Positions 37,481 through 47,725 of a stretch of DNA of 64,000 bases are shown here, piece after piece (position 1 is the stretch's first letter; each line of letters opens with the position of its first letter). Made by a program: the position numbers and the translations under genes. The DNA is from Crocinitomicaceae bacterium (GTDB lineage Bacteria; Bacteroidota; Bacteroidia; Flavobacteriales_D; Crocinitomicaceae), in assembly GCA_022448165.1 (NCBI GenBank), contig JAKVAS010000001.1, positions 40,913 to 104,912 on the forward strand. The letters are read 5' to 3'. The notes beneath the pieces are model-generated. The model saw nothing but the letters and a program-made list of their open reading frames with translations. It did no database searches and had not been told where the DNA came from.

Positions 37481-38006
37481 TTCCTAATTCTTCAATCTTA
37501 ATTCTTAAATATGCTTTTGCCCTTGAATATTGTGACTTTGACGTGTTTTCGCTAATCGATAATTTTTCCGCTATTTCCTTATGAGAATATCCCTCTATCG
37601 CAAACATATTAAATACCATCCTATACCCCACAGGCATATCTTTTATTAAATTCAAAAGATCTTCTTCCATTAATGAAGATAAAATCTGACCATCAAATTC
37701 AACTTTATAATCAATGTCATTCATAGAGACATTATTCATAAATTTGGCATTCTTTCGGATTTGATCCAATGAAGTATTCACCATAATTCTACGTATCCAG
37801 CCTTCCAAGGAACCTTCCTTTTTATAAGCTTTAATTTTCGTAAAAACCTTTACAAAACCATCTTGCAACACATCTTCGGCTTGTTCTCGGTTTTTCGCAT
37901 ATCGCAAACAGACCCCCAACATTTTAGGCGCAAACATTTCAAACAACTTTCGTTGAGCCATTTGGTCTCCCTCAACACATTTATCAACTATGGTTAATTC
38001 ATCCAT
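37470..38006 (-). CDS. ECF-type RNA polymerase sigma-70 factor
   Basis: The 178-aa ORF has a region 2 segment (DVLQDGFVKVF...GWIRRI) and a region 4 HTH (GYSHKEIAEKLSISENTSKSQYSRAK). Confidence 0.85.
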   Translation of the reverse strand: MDELTIVDKCVEGDQMAQRKLFEMFAPKMLGVCLRYAKNREQAEDVLQDGFVKVFTKIKAYKKEGSLEGWIRRIMVNTSLDQIRKNAKFMNNVSMNDIDYKVEFDGQILSSLMEEDLLNLIKDMPVGYRMVFNMFAIEGYSHKEIAEKLSISENTSKSQYSRAKAYLRIKIEELGIGR

Positions 38007-38106
38007 TACTCTGGCTTGATAGGAAGACTATTATATAACAAAAAAGGTTGCATCAATTTCAAATATGCATATAAAAGATGTATTTTCGTTGTACCAAAAA
38101 CGAACA

Positions 38107-39312
38107 ATGAAACTTGCACTACTTACCATCCTACTGGTATTTTCGTCTATTTCTTTTGGTCAATCTAAGTTAAAACAGGGGAACTGGATTGGTGAACTAG
38201 AGTTAAATAAAGAAGACAAATTACCTTTTAACATCATTATAGCTAAAAAAAAAGAAAATTATTCTCTTTCTATTTTAAACGCTAACGAACTAATCTTATT
38301 AGATACTCTCGTATATAAAAACGATAGTGTTTACGCGAGGTTTCCTTATTTTGATTCTGAACTTATTTTCGAAATAACAGACAGTAAATCCTTAAATGGT
38401 TATTGGATAAATTACAATAAAGGTAATAATTACAAAATTCCATTTACTGCTATTTCAAATTGTAAAAAAAAGAAAAAGGAAAAGAAAATAGATATTATTA
38501 ATGGAAAATGGGAGGTAACATTTGAACCCGGTACTTCTTCTGCTTATCCTGCTATTGGCATTTTTAAACAAAATAAGCATACAATAACTGGTACATTTTT
38601 AACTGAAACAGGGGATTATCGTTTTTTAGAAGGACACATCTTTAATGATAGTTTAATTCTATCTTGTTTTGATGGTTCTCATGCGTTTCTGTTTAAAGCT
38701 TCCTTAAATAATTCCTCTCTACAAGGAAAGTTTTTTAGTGGTAAACATTGGCAAAGTAACTGGATTGGTCATAAGAATGATTCTGCTAAATTAAAAAGTC
38801 CTGATGAACTCACATATATTGTGGATAAACAAGCCGTTGAATTTGAACTGCCTCAATTAAACGGAGAAACGTTCTTATATCCTAACGGTGAATTAAATGA
38901 TAAAGTGGTAATTATTCAAATAATGGGAACTTGGTGCCCAAATTGTCTTGATGAAACCTTTTTCTACAAAGACTTATATACTAAGTATCATGATCAAGGA
39001 CTAGAAATTATATCAATCGGTTATGAAATGGGAGATAGCTTCGAAGATTATGCTGCCAAAGTTTCTCGCCTAAAAAACAAAATGAATTTAAATTTCAAAT
39101 TTCTTATTGGTGGACCTGCCAATAAATCAATTGTATCAGAACAATTCAATATGCTAAATAAAGTAATTTCTTTCCCTACTTCCATATATATAGGTAGAGA
39201 TGGTATGGTTAAACGCGTGCATACTGGTTTCAACGGCCCTGGAACTGGAGGTTACTATAAAGAGTATGTAGAGAATACACACTCTTTAATTGAAAATTTA
39301 TTAGCGGATTAA
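38107..39312 (+). CDS. TlpA-family thiol-disulfide oxidoreductase with an N-terminal extra domain
   Basis: A signal peptide follows M15 (MKLALLTILLVFSSISFG), and the C-terminal third has the thioredoxin motif WCPNC. Confidence 0.8.
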   Translation: MKLALLTILLVFSSISFGQSKLKQGNWIGELELNKEDKLPFNIIIAKKKENYSLSILNANELILLDTLVYKNDSVYARFPYFDSELIFEITDSKSLNGYWINYNKGNNYKIPFTAISNCKKKKKEKKIDIINGKWEVTFEPGTSSAYPAIGIFKQNKHTITGTFLTETGDYRFLEGHIFNDSLILSCFDGSHAFLFKASLNNSSLQGKFFSGKHWQSNWIGHKNDSAKLKSPDELTYIVDKQAVEFELPQLNGETFLYPNGELNDKVVIIQIMGTWCPNCLDETFFYKDLYTKYHDQGLEIISIGYEMGDSFEDYAAKVSRLKNKMNLNFKFLIGGPANKSIVSEQFNMLNKVISFPTSIYIGRDGMVKRVHTGFNGPGTGGYYKEYVENTHSLIENLLAD

Positions 39313-39746
39313 GAGCAAGCTATTTTCTCTACACGTCTTCCATGACGTCCTCCTTCAAATGAAGTTTCAAAAAATGCATCAACAATTTCTAATGCTTCTG
39401 AATCAGTAAGAAAACGCGCAGGTAACGTAACAATATTAGCATTATTATGAGCTCTTGCTAATTCCGCAATTTCCTTTTTCCAACAAAGAGCACTTCTTAC
39501 ACCTTGATGTTTATTTGCGGTCATATTAATTCCATTACCAGAACCACATATTAATATACCCATTATATCTTCTGTATTTTCAATCATATCAGCAACCGGA
39601 TGACCAAAATCTGGATAATCTATACTTTCCTCTGAATGACATCCAAAATCTTTAAATTCGAATCCTTTAGACTCAAGATGTTTAATAACTACTTTTTTTA
39701 GATCAAAACCTGCGTGATCACAACCAATGGGAATCAATTTTTTCAT
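39309..39746 (-). CDS. rpiB: Ribose-5-phosphate isomerase B
   Basis: The 145-aa ORF has IGCDHAGFDLK and CGSGNGI motifs. Confidence 0.9.
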   Translation of the reverse strand: MKKLIPIGCDHAGFDLKKVVIKHLESKGFEFKDFGCHSEESIDYPDFGHPVADMIENTEDIMGILICGSGNGINMTANKHQGVRSALCWKKEIAELARAHNNANIVTLPARFLTDSEALEIVDAFFETSFEGGRHGRRVEKIACS

Positions 39747-39772
39747 ATATCAAATGCATTTTATGCAAAACT

Positions 39773-39889
39773 AACCCTTATTAACAATCACTCCAACTTT
39801 TAAACAATCATATATAATAACTCCTCTAATCGTCAGTAAATACGTTTCAATTATACACAATAAAAATAATCCCATTGTTAATAAGGGTT
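39773..39889. repeat. 16-bp perfect inverted repeat (AACCCTTATTAACAAT / ATTGTTAATAAGGGTT) separated by 85 bp
   Basis: The arms are at 39773-39788 and 39874-39889. I checked them as exact reverse complements. Confidence 0.85.
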
Positions 39890-40450
39890 CATAACTATCA
39901 ATAAAAACTTCTTGCTTTATTTAAATAAATATCTATACAAATACAGAAACGTAATATCCTAATTAGTTAACAAGAATTTTCTGACCATTTATCCTCACAT
40001 AATCCACCTATAATTCATACAAAACCCAAAATTATTTTAAACATTTCATGATAGCAACCTAATTGTGTATAACCTATATAAATACTTGATAATCCCAGTA
40101 TTTACCTCGTTAATAACCTGTGAACAACCATTACACTTTTATTAATAATCTATTTTCAAAGTAATCTATTAACTATTTACACACATATTAACAGCCTTAA
40201 TAATTTCTTATAAAACCTTTTTATAAAAAAGTTTAAATTATTACTTATATATTCTTTCATATTCTAAAGACATTTGGTGTTTCGAAATAATTTTCTATCT
40301 TAAATATTATCCAATCTTATAAAGGTTTAACACTTTGTTAATCAGTATTATATAATAATAAATAAAAGGCTTTTCTTCGGAGGAAATAAATTTCTTCTTC
40401 TTTTTCAAAAAGAAGAATTAACTTAAGTGTGAAAAGTTGATAATTGCCAT

Positions 40451-43400
40451 ATGTCCGAAGACAATAAAATGCTTCACTTTTTTACAGGAAGTGACAGTGA
40501 ATTTAAACCGCATTACGAGAAAGAAAATGGCTTTCAGAAGCAATTTCTTATGCACTTAATTTCAGCGTTAGTTATAGCTCCTGTTTTTTGTATTTTTGTT
40601 TATCAAACCAACATTCCGAAAGTGTACTTTTACCTTTCGGCTTCCTATGGAATTTTTATTCCTTTCTATCTGATATTAGTATGGATAGTAAAACCTTTGC
40701 GACGTTATTATTACTATTTTTTTCTAGTTCATTTAATGATTATGTCTTTAGTGGCATATCAAAGTTTACTAGTAAATAACTTTCAACAACAGGAGTTATT
40801 TTGTTTTTTCGGTATTTATGCTGTTACACTTTCTATAATTCAAAGACTATATCCATCAATCATATATAATATTATTGTTTTAGGTTTGATAGTTTATGGT
40901 TTGGAAGTTTCTAATAATGTACAAATCTCTAAAGATCTTGTTGTTGGATTGTACTTAGTGATGTTTCTAAGTTCTACAATAATTCTTTATTACAGAAGAA
41001 AATTATTTGAATCTGTATATAATTATTCGGATTACTTGAGGAAAATTATGAATACTACAGGATCAGGGTATGTACTTTTTAATTTACATAAAGATGGATT
41101 AGAAATTATAGATTATGACTCTGAATCAAAACGCTTTTTTACTGAATCTAAAGGGGGAAAAGATCAATTAGGGAGTAAGTTGTATAGTTTCTTTGATTTA
41201 AGTGATATTCGGGCAATTAGAAAATTAAGAGAGGGTGAAACACACAAAAAAGATATAGAATATAATCAGTTAGGCTCAATTCAATATTTTCAATTGATTA
41301 TTTCGGTAATGAATTTTCGAAGCAGGACTTATCGAATTTGTAGAATAAATGATATATCGAATTATCTGAGAAAACGAGAAGAACTTGAATCAAGTGAAAA
41401 AAGATATAAAAACTTGTATCGTAGAAATAAAGCTGGAGTGTTTACCATTGATCGTAAATCAAAAATTATAGATGGAAATGATTCCTTTTTCGAAATGCTT
41501 GAAGATACTTGTGTAGTTGGAGATATTCTTTTTTTAAATGATCAAATAGGGGAATGGGAGTTTATTCTTGATATTTTGGAATCTAAAGAGAGTATTCAAA
41601 GTTACCAGACTCAATTAACTCTTAAGAATAAGTCACACAAAACGTTAATATTTAGTTGGTATTTTGATTCATTAACAGGTTGTATAGAAGGGTCAGTTAT
41701 TGATTTAACGACAATTCAAAAGGCTTCTCAAGCATTAAAACAGAGTGAAGAAAAATATCGTTTGATTTTTGAAGAATCGAATGATGTTATTTTACTTCTA
41801 GATAATGATGAAGTTGTAGATGTAAATAGAAGAGCTATTCAACTTTTTGGAAAACCGGAAAGGGAATTATTAGGAGTTAAACTTTTCGATTTAAGTTATG
41901 ATCTTTCTGAAAGAACAAAAGAGGAATATTTATCGCATCGTTTGAAATTGCAAAACATGCGGAGCACAAAGTTTGATTGGATTTTTGATGGAAATGGTAG
42001 GAAGATAGAGGCTGAAGTTTCGCTCATAGAAATCATTCTTGGAGATAGACTTTTTTATCAATGTGTAATTCATGATACAACAGAGCAGAAGAAATATTTA
42101 CGGAAAATAGATCAAAACAGAAAGAATTTTGAAAATATTCTTGAAAACAACCCGCAGGGAATTGTCATTTTAAGGAATGAAGAAATGGTTTATCAAAACA
42201 CCGAGATGAATGCGTTTTTCGAAGGTGATTTTTCCTTTTCAAACCTATTTGTAAAAGAAGATATAGATAGATTTATTGAACAATTTGAATGGCATAAATC
42301 TACTGGGGAAAATGTAGATATTCAGCTTGGAATTAAAGGAAGAAAGAATGAAATGATACCTGCAGATGTTACGTTAGTTTCTACTAATTACGAGGAACAA
42401 CCGGCAACAATGATGATTATCAAGGATATTTCTGTTCAAAATAGATTAGCGAAGCAAAAGTTACGAGCAGAACTTGCTGAAGAAACCAATAAAAAGCTGG
42501 CGGATGAAATTATGGAACGTATTCGGGCAGAAAAACAATTACAAGAACAGTTTCTTCGTACCAAAGCAATTTTGGACAGTTCTTCGAATACTTTCTTATT
42601 AACATTGTCATTGAATCAAAATGTAACTTCATTTAATACACACTTTGAATCGTACTTTTTTGAACTATTTGGTAAAAATATTGAGTATGATATGTCATTT
42701 GATGAAATTTTCAATGAAACATTTGATTCATCAGGATTACGTTTATTCAGAAGATTATTTTCTAGCGTACGAAAAGGGGAATATTTCCAATTTGAAGTAC
42801 AAATGGGAAATTTGAAAAGAGTTGTTTGGTGGGAAATATTTATGAATCCTATTTTTGATACAGAGGGACACGTAGCAGAGATATCATTAGTTGCCCATGA
42901 TGTAACTGAAAAAAAGAAAACGGATTTAGAAATGTCTGATTCTTTAGAAGAGAAAAAAATACTTCTTAAAGAAATACATCATCGGGTAAAGAATAATTTA
43001 CAAGTGATATCAAGTATTTTAAATCTACAAAGTTCTTTTATTGACGATGAAAAAACACTGAGCATACTTCAAGAAAGTAGAAATAGAATTCGTTCAATGG
43101 CCATTATTCATGAAAATTTATATAGAACGGAAGATTTTTCAAGTATTAATTTTTCTAATTATTTACATAATCTTACAACAAATCTTATCGCATCATATAG
43201 GATTCAAGCAGAAGTGAAACTAGAGGTTGATTTAAAGGAAATTGATATGGTTCTTGATCAAGCAATTCCTTGCGGATTATTGGTTAATGAGTTAATAACT
43301 AATTCATTAAAATATGCATGGAAACCAAAGGAAATAGGAACAATTACTTTAAATTTAAGTGAAGAAAATGGTCAGATTATTTTATTCATTGGAGACAATG

Positions 43401-43564
43401 GAATAGGGTTACCGATGGAGTTTGAAAAAATGAATACGGATACGCTTGGATTACAACTTGTTTTAACTCTTGTCGAACAATTAGATGGTGAGCTAACCGT
43501 AGAGAATAAAAACGGTACGAAATATTTAATTAAATTTGATAACGCAAAAACCAAACAAGAGTAG
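40451..43564 (+). CDS. Membrane sensor histidine kinase: about 6 TM, multiple PAS domains, HisKA_2-type kinase core
   Basis: The N-terminal 190 aa is hydrophobic. PAS-like repeats follow, then a coiled coil and the H-box EIHHRVKNNLQVISSILNLQS (HisKA_2/HWE-like). The HATPase_c motifs are NELITNSLKYA and DNGIGLP. Confidence 0.85.
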   Translation: MSEDNKMLHFFTGSDSEFKPHYEKENGFQKQFLMHLISALVIAPVFCIFVYQTNIPKVYFYLSASYGIFIPFYLILVWIVKPLRRYYYYFFLVHLMIMSLVAYQSLLVNNFQQQELFCFFGIYAVTLSIIQRLYPSIIYNIIVLGLIVYGLEVSNNVQISKDLVVGLYLVMFLSSTIILYYRRKLFESVYNYSDYLRKIMNTTGSGYVLFNLHKDGLEIIDYDSESKRFFTESKGGKDQLGSKLYSFFDLSDIRAIRKLREGETHKKDIEYNQLGSIQYFQLIISVMNFRSRTYRICRINDISNYLRKREELESSEKRYKNLYRRNKAGVFTIDRKSKIIDGNDSFFEMLEDTCVVGDILFLNDQIGEWEFILDILESKESIQSYQTQLTLKNKSHKTLIFSWYFDSLTGCIEGSVIDLTTIQKASQALKQSEEKYRLIFEESNDVILLLDNDEVVDVNRRAIQLFGKPERELLGVKLFDLSYDLSERTKEEYLSHRLKLQNMRSTKFDWIFDGNGRKIEAEVSLIEIILGDRLFYQCVIHDTTEQKKYLRKIDQNRKNFENILENNPQGIVILRNEEMVYQNTEMNAFFEGDFSFSNLFVKEDIDRFIEQFEWHKSTGENVDIQLGIKGRKNEMIPADVTLVSTNYEEQPATMMIIKDISVQNRLAKQKLRAELAEETNKKLADEIMERIRAEKQLQEQFLRTKAILDSSSNTFLLTLSLNQNVTSFNTHFESYFFELFGKNIEYDMSFDEIFNETFDSSGLRLFRRLFSSVRKGEYFQFEVQMGNLKRVVWWEIFMNPIFDTEGHVAEISLVAHDVTEKKKTDLEMSDSLEEKKILLKEIHHRVKNNLQVISSILNLQSSFIDDEKTLSILQESRNRIRSMAIIHENLYRTEDFSSINFSNYLHNLTTNLIASYRIQAEVKLEVDLKEIDMVLDQAIPCGLLVNELITNSLKYAWKPKEIGTITLNLSEENGQIILFIGDNGIGLPMEFEKMNTDTLGLQLVLTLVEQLDGELTVENKNGTKYLIKFDNAKTKQE

Positions 43565-43565
43565 A

Positions 43566-44324
43566 ATGTCGAAAATTAATGTATTGGTTGTTGAAGATGA
43601 ATCCATCGTATCGAAAGATATTCAACACAGTTTAAAAAAATTAGGATATAATGTAGTCGGAGCATCTGCTACAGCTGAAAAAGCTATTGAAATGGCAATT
43701 TCTGAAAATCCAGATGTTGTACTTATGGATATCATGCTTAAAGGTAAAATGAATGGAATTGAGGCTGCAGAGCAAATTAGATTAAATAGTTCTATTCCTG
43801 TAATTTTCCTTACAGCATATGCGGACGAATCAACATTATCAAAAGCAAAAATAACAGAACCATACGGATACATTTTAAAGCCTTTTAAGGAGATCGATTT
43901 ACATACAACGATAGAAATGGCTATCTATAAGCATGGAAAAGAGCAGGAGGTCTTAAAAGAGCGTGATTTATTGTTTTCATTGGTAGAGAATAAGGATTCT
44001 AAACAAACAGGGTATGTATTTGTAAAATCAAACAGCAAACTTGTTAAATTAAAAAACGAAGACATCTACTATATTGAAGCGTTGAAAGATTATGTAGTAA
44101 TTCATTCTCAAGACACTCGTTATACAATTCATTCAACAATGAAAGATATGGATGTGAAAATGGGGAATGAAGAATTTGTAAGGGTTCATAGGTCATTTAT
44201 TGTTCGTTTGGATAAAATTGCAACAATCGAATATCCTAATTTAACGTTAGAAAATATAGACAAGTTAATACCAATAGGTGGTTCTTATCGTGAAGATCTT
44301 AATAATAAGATTAAGCTAGTTTAG
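43566..44324 (+). CDS. LytTR-family response regulator
   Basis: The receiver domain has VLVVEDE and VLMDIMLKG. The C-terminal LytTR domain has IYYIEALKDYVVIHS...RVHRSFIV. I chose the start at MSKINVL, 2 nt after the kinase stop. Confidence 0.88.
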   Translation: MSKINVLVVEDESIVSKDIQHSLKKLGYNVVGASATAEKAIEMAISENPDVVLMDIMLKGKMNGIEAAEQIRLNSSIPVIFLTAYADESTLSKAKITEPYGYILKPFKEIDLHTTIEMAIYKHGKEQEVLKERDLLFSLVENKDSKQTGYVFVKSNSKLVKLKNEDIYYIEALKDYVVIHSQDTRYTIHSTMKDMDVKMGNEEFVRVHRSFIVRLDKIATIEYPNLTLENIDKLIPIGGSYREDLNNKIKLV

Positions 44325-44331
44325 GCTTTTG

Positions 44332-45516
44332 TTATTTCTCGTTAAAATGTTGGGCTAAATGAACTCCCATACTGAAACAACCTTGTAATAAATATCCGCC
44401 GGTGGGAGCATCCCAATCGAGCATTTCTCCAATACAATAATTGTTTAATTGGTTATAAAGTTGAAAATTATCATCAATTTCACTTAAAGGAATTCCTCCA
44501 ACGGTAGAAATTGCTTCATCTACAGGTGAAGTTCCTGTTAGTTTTATAGGAAGAGCTTTTATATTTTTTGCTAAAATGAGCACATCCATATAACTTTCTT
44601 TACTAAGTGACGTTTTTAATAAAGCAATCATTGGTGAACTTAACTTTAACTTCTTTTTAAGGGTGTCGCTAATTTTTGCTGTTGAACGAAGAAGTATACT
44701 AATAATATCATCTAGTTTTAATGTTGGTTTTAGGTCAATATAAATAGTAGCACTTCCTGTTGATTTGAATTGATTTCTAATCTCAGGACTTAATCCGTAG
44801 ATTGCATTTCCTTCTAAACCAAATTTAGTAATAACAGCTTCACCAATTTGTGTTTTACTTCCAGATGATATTGTAATATTCTTTAATGGACTTCCTTCAA
44901 AACGTTGGATAATAGTATTAGACCAATCCACTCTATATCCACAATTAGATGCTATAAATGGTGTAGCACTAATTTTTTTTTGTACAAAATGACTTAACCA
45001 TGAATTATTAGACCCGGTTACTTTCCAACTACCTCCACCCAATGCGAAAACGTTATAATCACCTGATATATATGTGTTTTTGTTGAATAAAAGATTGTTT
45101 TTATTACACCAACCATTCCAGCAATGATCATATTTAAAAGAAACACCCTTTTCTTTAAGAATGTCAATAATTGTATTTAATACTTCGATGGGTTTAATAC
45201 CAGTTTCAGGATAGACACGTTTGCTACTGCCAATAATTGTTGGAATACCAATAGAATCAAGCCATTTTCTAAATGCAAGATTGTCAAACTTTAAAAGGGC
45301 ATTGTTTAAAAAATCGGGAGGGGTATATCGTGTTATTAATTTGTCAATTGTTTCAGAGTGAGTTAGGTTGAATCCACCCTTTCCAGCTACAAGAAATTTA
45401 CGACCAAATGATTTGTTTTTTTCATAGACTGTAATATCAAATTTATTTGAATCTAAATGCGCTGCGAGAGCTAATCCGGCAGGACCACCTCCTATGATGT
45501 TAACACTTTTCTTCAT
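44332..45516 (-). CDS. HI0933/BaiN-like NAD(P)/FAD-dependent flavoprotein
   Basis: N-terminus IIGGGPAGLALA, and C-terminus GEMLDWDAPTGGYLLQ, typical of this family. Confidence 0.75.
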   Translation of the reverse strand: MKKSVNIIGGGPAGLALAAHLDSNKFDITVYEKNKSFGRKFLVAGKGGFNLTHSETIDKLITRYTPPDFLNNALLKFDNLAFRKWLDSIGIPTIIGSSKRVYPETGIKPIEVLNTIIDILKEKGVSFKYDHCWNGWCNKNNLLFNKNTYISGDYNVFALGGGSWKVTGSNNSWLSHFVQKKISATPFIASNCGYRVDWSNTIIQRFEGSPLKNITISSGSKTQIGEAVITKFGLEGNAIYGLSPEIRNQFKSTGSATIYIDLKPTLKLDDIISILLRSTAKISDTLKKKLKLSSPMIALLKTSLSKESYMDVLILAKNIKALPIKLTGTSPVDEAISTVGGIPLSEIDDNFQLYNQLNNYCIGEMLDWDAPTGGYLLQGCFSMGVHLAQHFNEK

Positions 45517-45527
45517 GAAGAATAAAT

Positions 45528-47654
45528 TTATATTACTAGCTCTAGGTCAATTTGACGTTTTCTAGTGGATACTTCGTAAATACGGACACGAACACTGTCT
45601 CCAAAGCCGTATTCTTTACCTGATTTAGCCCCAATAATTGCAAACTTTTCTTGATCAAAACGGAAACGATCGCCAGGAATAGCGTTAATAGGAATCATTC
45701 CCTCACATTGGTTTTCGTTCATTTTAACGAACATTCCAAAATCTGCAACACCAGAAATTGTTCCTTCAAATTCTTCACCGATTTTATCCATTACAAATAA
45801 CGTTTGGAAGTACTTTGTACTTTCTCGTTCTGCTTCAACGGCCTTTCGTTCCATTCTTGATATACGCTTACAAATATCATTTAAATCGTTTCCATAACGG
45901 AATTTTTTAGTTGTTAAAGTTTCTTGCAAAACACGGTGAACAACTAAATCAGCATAACGTCGAATAGGGGAGGTAAAGTGAGAATAATAATCAAAAGAAA
46001 GTCCATAGTGACCAACATTAGTTGTTTCATATGTAGCTTTTGCCATAGATCGAATAGCCATCGTTTGAATTAAAGAATATTCATTTTTCAAGCGAATATC
46101 GTTTAGTAAAGCATTAATATTTTTTGAAATTTGTTTAGGGTCTGTAGTATCAATTTCATAGCCAAACTTTTTAATGAAAAGGCTGAAAAGGTCAATTTTT
46201 GCTTCATCTGGTTTGTCATGACAGCGATAAACAAAAGGAATTGTATTTGTTCCATTTTTTTCTTTTGAAACAAAGGTTGCTACTAATCTATTTGCTAGTA
46301 ACATAAACTCTTCAATTAATTTGTGTGCGTCTTTTGAGCGTTTAACAACAAGGTCAACAGGATGCCCATTCTCATTTAATTTGAATCGAATTTCTTCTGA
46401 TTCTATATTCATAGCCCCGCTTTTTAAACGATTTTTTCGCAAAATTTTAGCGATTTTATCTAAAATAAGTATCTCATTTTGAAAATCTCCGTCTTTTCCT
46501 TCAATGATTTCTTGGGCTTCTTCATAAGTAAATCTTCGATCAGAGTGAATAGCTGTTTTTCCAAACCATTGGTTGTAAACCTTTCCATTTTCATCAATTT
46601 CAATGACCGTAGAAAAACTGTATTTGTCTTCATTTGGTCGTAAAGAGCAAGCTAAATTTGATAGCTGTTCAGGCAACATAGGAATAACTCTATCAACTAA
46701 ATAAACAGAATTAGATCGTTTTAATGCTTCTACATCCATAGGGCTTCCGGGTGTCACATAATGACTTACATCGGCAATGTGAATACCAACTTCAATGTTT
46801 CCATTTTCTAATCGTTGAAAAGAAATAGCATCATCAAAATCTTTAGCGTCTAATGGATCAATTGTAAAAGTGGTAACTCCTCGAAAATCTCTACGTTTTT
46901 TTATTTCCCGCTCATCTAATTCCATTCCAACACCTTCCGCTTGTGTAAGAACATCATTTGGAAATTGGAAGTCTAGTCCTTGATTAACAAGAATACTGAT
47001 CATTTCAACATTGTTTCCTCCTTTACTTCCAAGTACCTCAACAACTTCTCCATAGGGATTATCAGCTGTTTTTGGCCACTTGGTGATGCGTACAAGTGCT
47101 TTGTCTCCATTTTTTGCCTTTTTCAACTTTTCTTTAGGAATGAAAATGTCAGTTCCAACCCTTGTATTGTCTGGAATTAGAAAAGCAAAGTTTTTTCCAA
47201 TATCTAAAGTTCCAACAAACTGGGTTCTTTCTCGTTCTAACACATCAAGGATAACACCTTCTTTTCTTGATTTACCTTGTTTTGTTATTTGTACACGAAC
47301 CCTATCTCCATCAAGAGACTGGTTTAGTTTTCCTGGAGGAATGAAAATATCATCACCACCATCTACAATAACAAAACCAGCTCCTCTTGCTGTTAGTTGA
47401 AGGGGACCTTCGATAAAGTTTTCTTCAGCATTTAATTGATATATACCATGTCCAGAAGAACGTAAAAAATTACTTTTTTTAAGATCTTCTAGTACGCTGT
47501 AAACTAATTTTCTAAGTGCATTTTCTCTAACATCAATTAGTGAACAAACTTGTTTATGAGAGAGGTTAGAAGCAGGATTTTCTATGAAGACTCTGCGGAT
47601 TGTATGCTGCAAACTCTTTTTTAGTTTTGCTTTGGGCGCTTTTCGTTTTGACAT
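45528..47654 (-). CDS. rnr: Ribonuclease R
   Basis: RNB catalytic region (TIDPLDAKDFDDA, HYGL...YSHFTSPIRRYADL) and a C-terminal S1 domain; 708 aa. Confidence 0.93.
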   Translation of the reverse strand: MSKRKAPKAKLKKSLQHTIRRVFIENPASNLSHKQVCSLIDVRENALRKLVYSVLEDLKKSNFLRSSGHGIYQLNAEENFIEGPLQLTARGAGFVIVDGGDDIFIPPGKLNQSLDGDRVRVQITKQGKSRKEGVILDVLERERTQFVGTLDIGKNFAFLIPDNTRVGTDIFIPKEKLKKAKNGDKALVRITKWPKTADNPYGEVVEVLGSKGGNNVEMISILVNQGLDFQFPNDVLTQAEGVGMELDEREIKKRRDFRGVTTFTIDPLDAKDFDDAISFQRLENGNIEVGIHIADVSHYVTPGSPMDVEALKRSNSVYLVDRVIPMLPEQLSNLACSLRPNEDKYSFSTVIEIDENGKVYNQWFGKTAIHSDRRFTYEEAQEIIEGKDGDFQNEILILDKIAKILRKNRLKSGAMNIESEEIRFKLNENGHPVDLVVKRSKDAHKLIEEFMLLANRLVATFVSKEKNGTNTIPFVYRCHDKPDEAKIDLFSLFIKKFGYEIDTTDPKQISKNINALLNDIRLKNEYSLIQTMAIRSMAKATYETTNVGHYGLSFDYYSHFTSPIRRYADLVVHRVLQETLTTKKFRYGNDLNDICKRISRMERKAVEAERESTKYFQTLFVMDKIGEEFEGTISGVADFGMFVKMNENQCEGMIPINAIPGDRFRFDQEKFAIIGAKSGKEYGFGDSVRVRIYEVSTRKRQIDLELVI

Positions 47655-47725
47655 ATGTTCGCAAGGTACGCTTAATTTAGAATTATTATCGAAGTGAAAT
47701 ACGAAAACAATTGCGTTGATTATGA

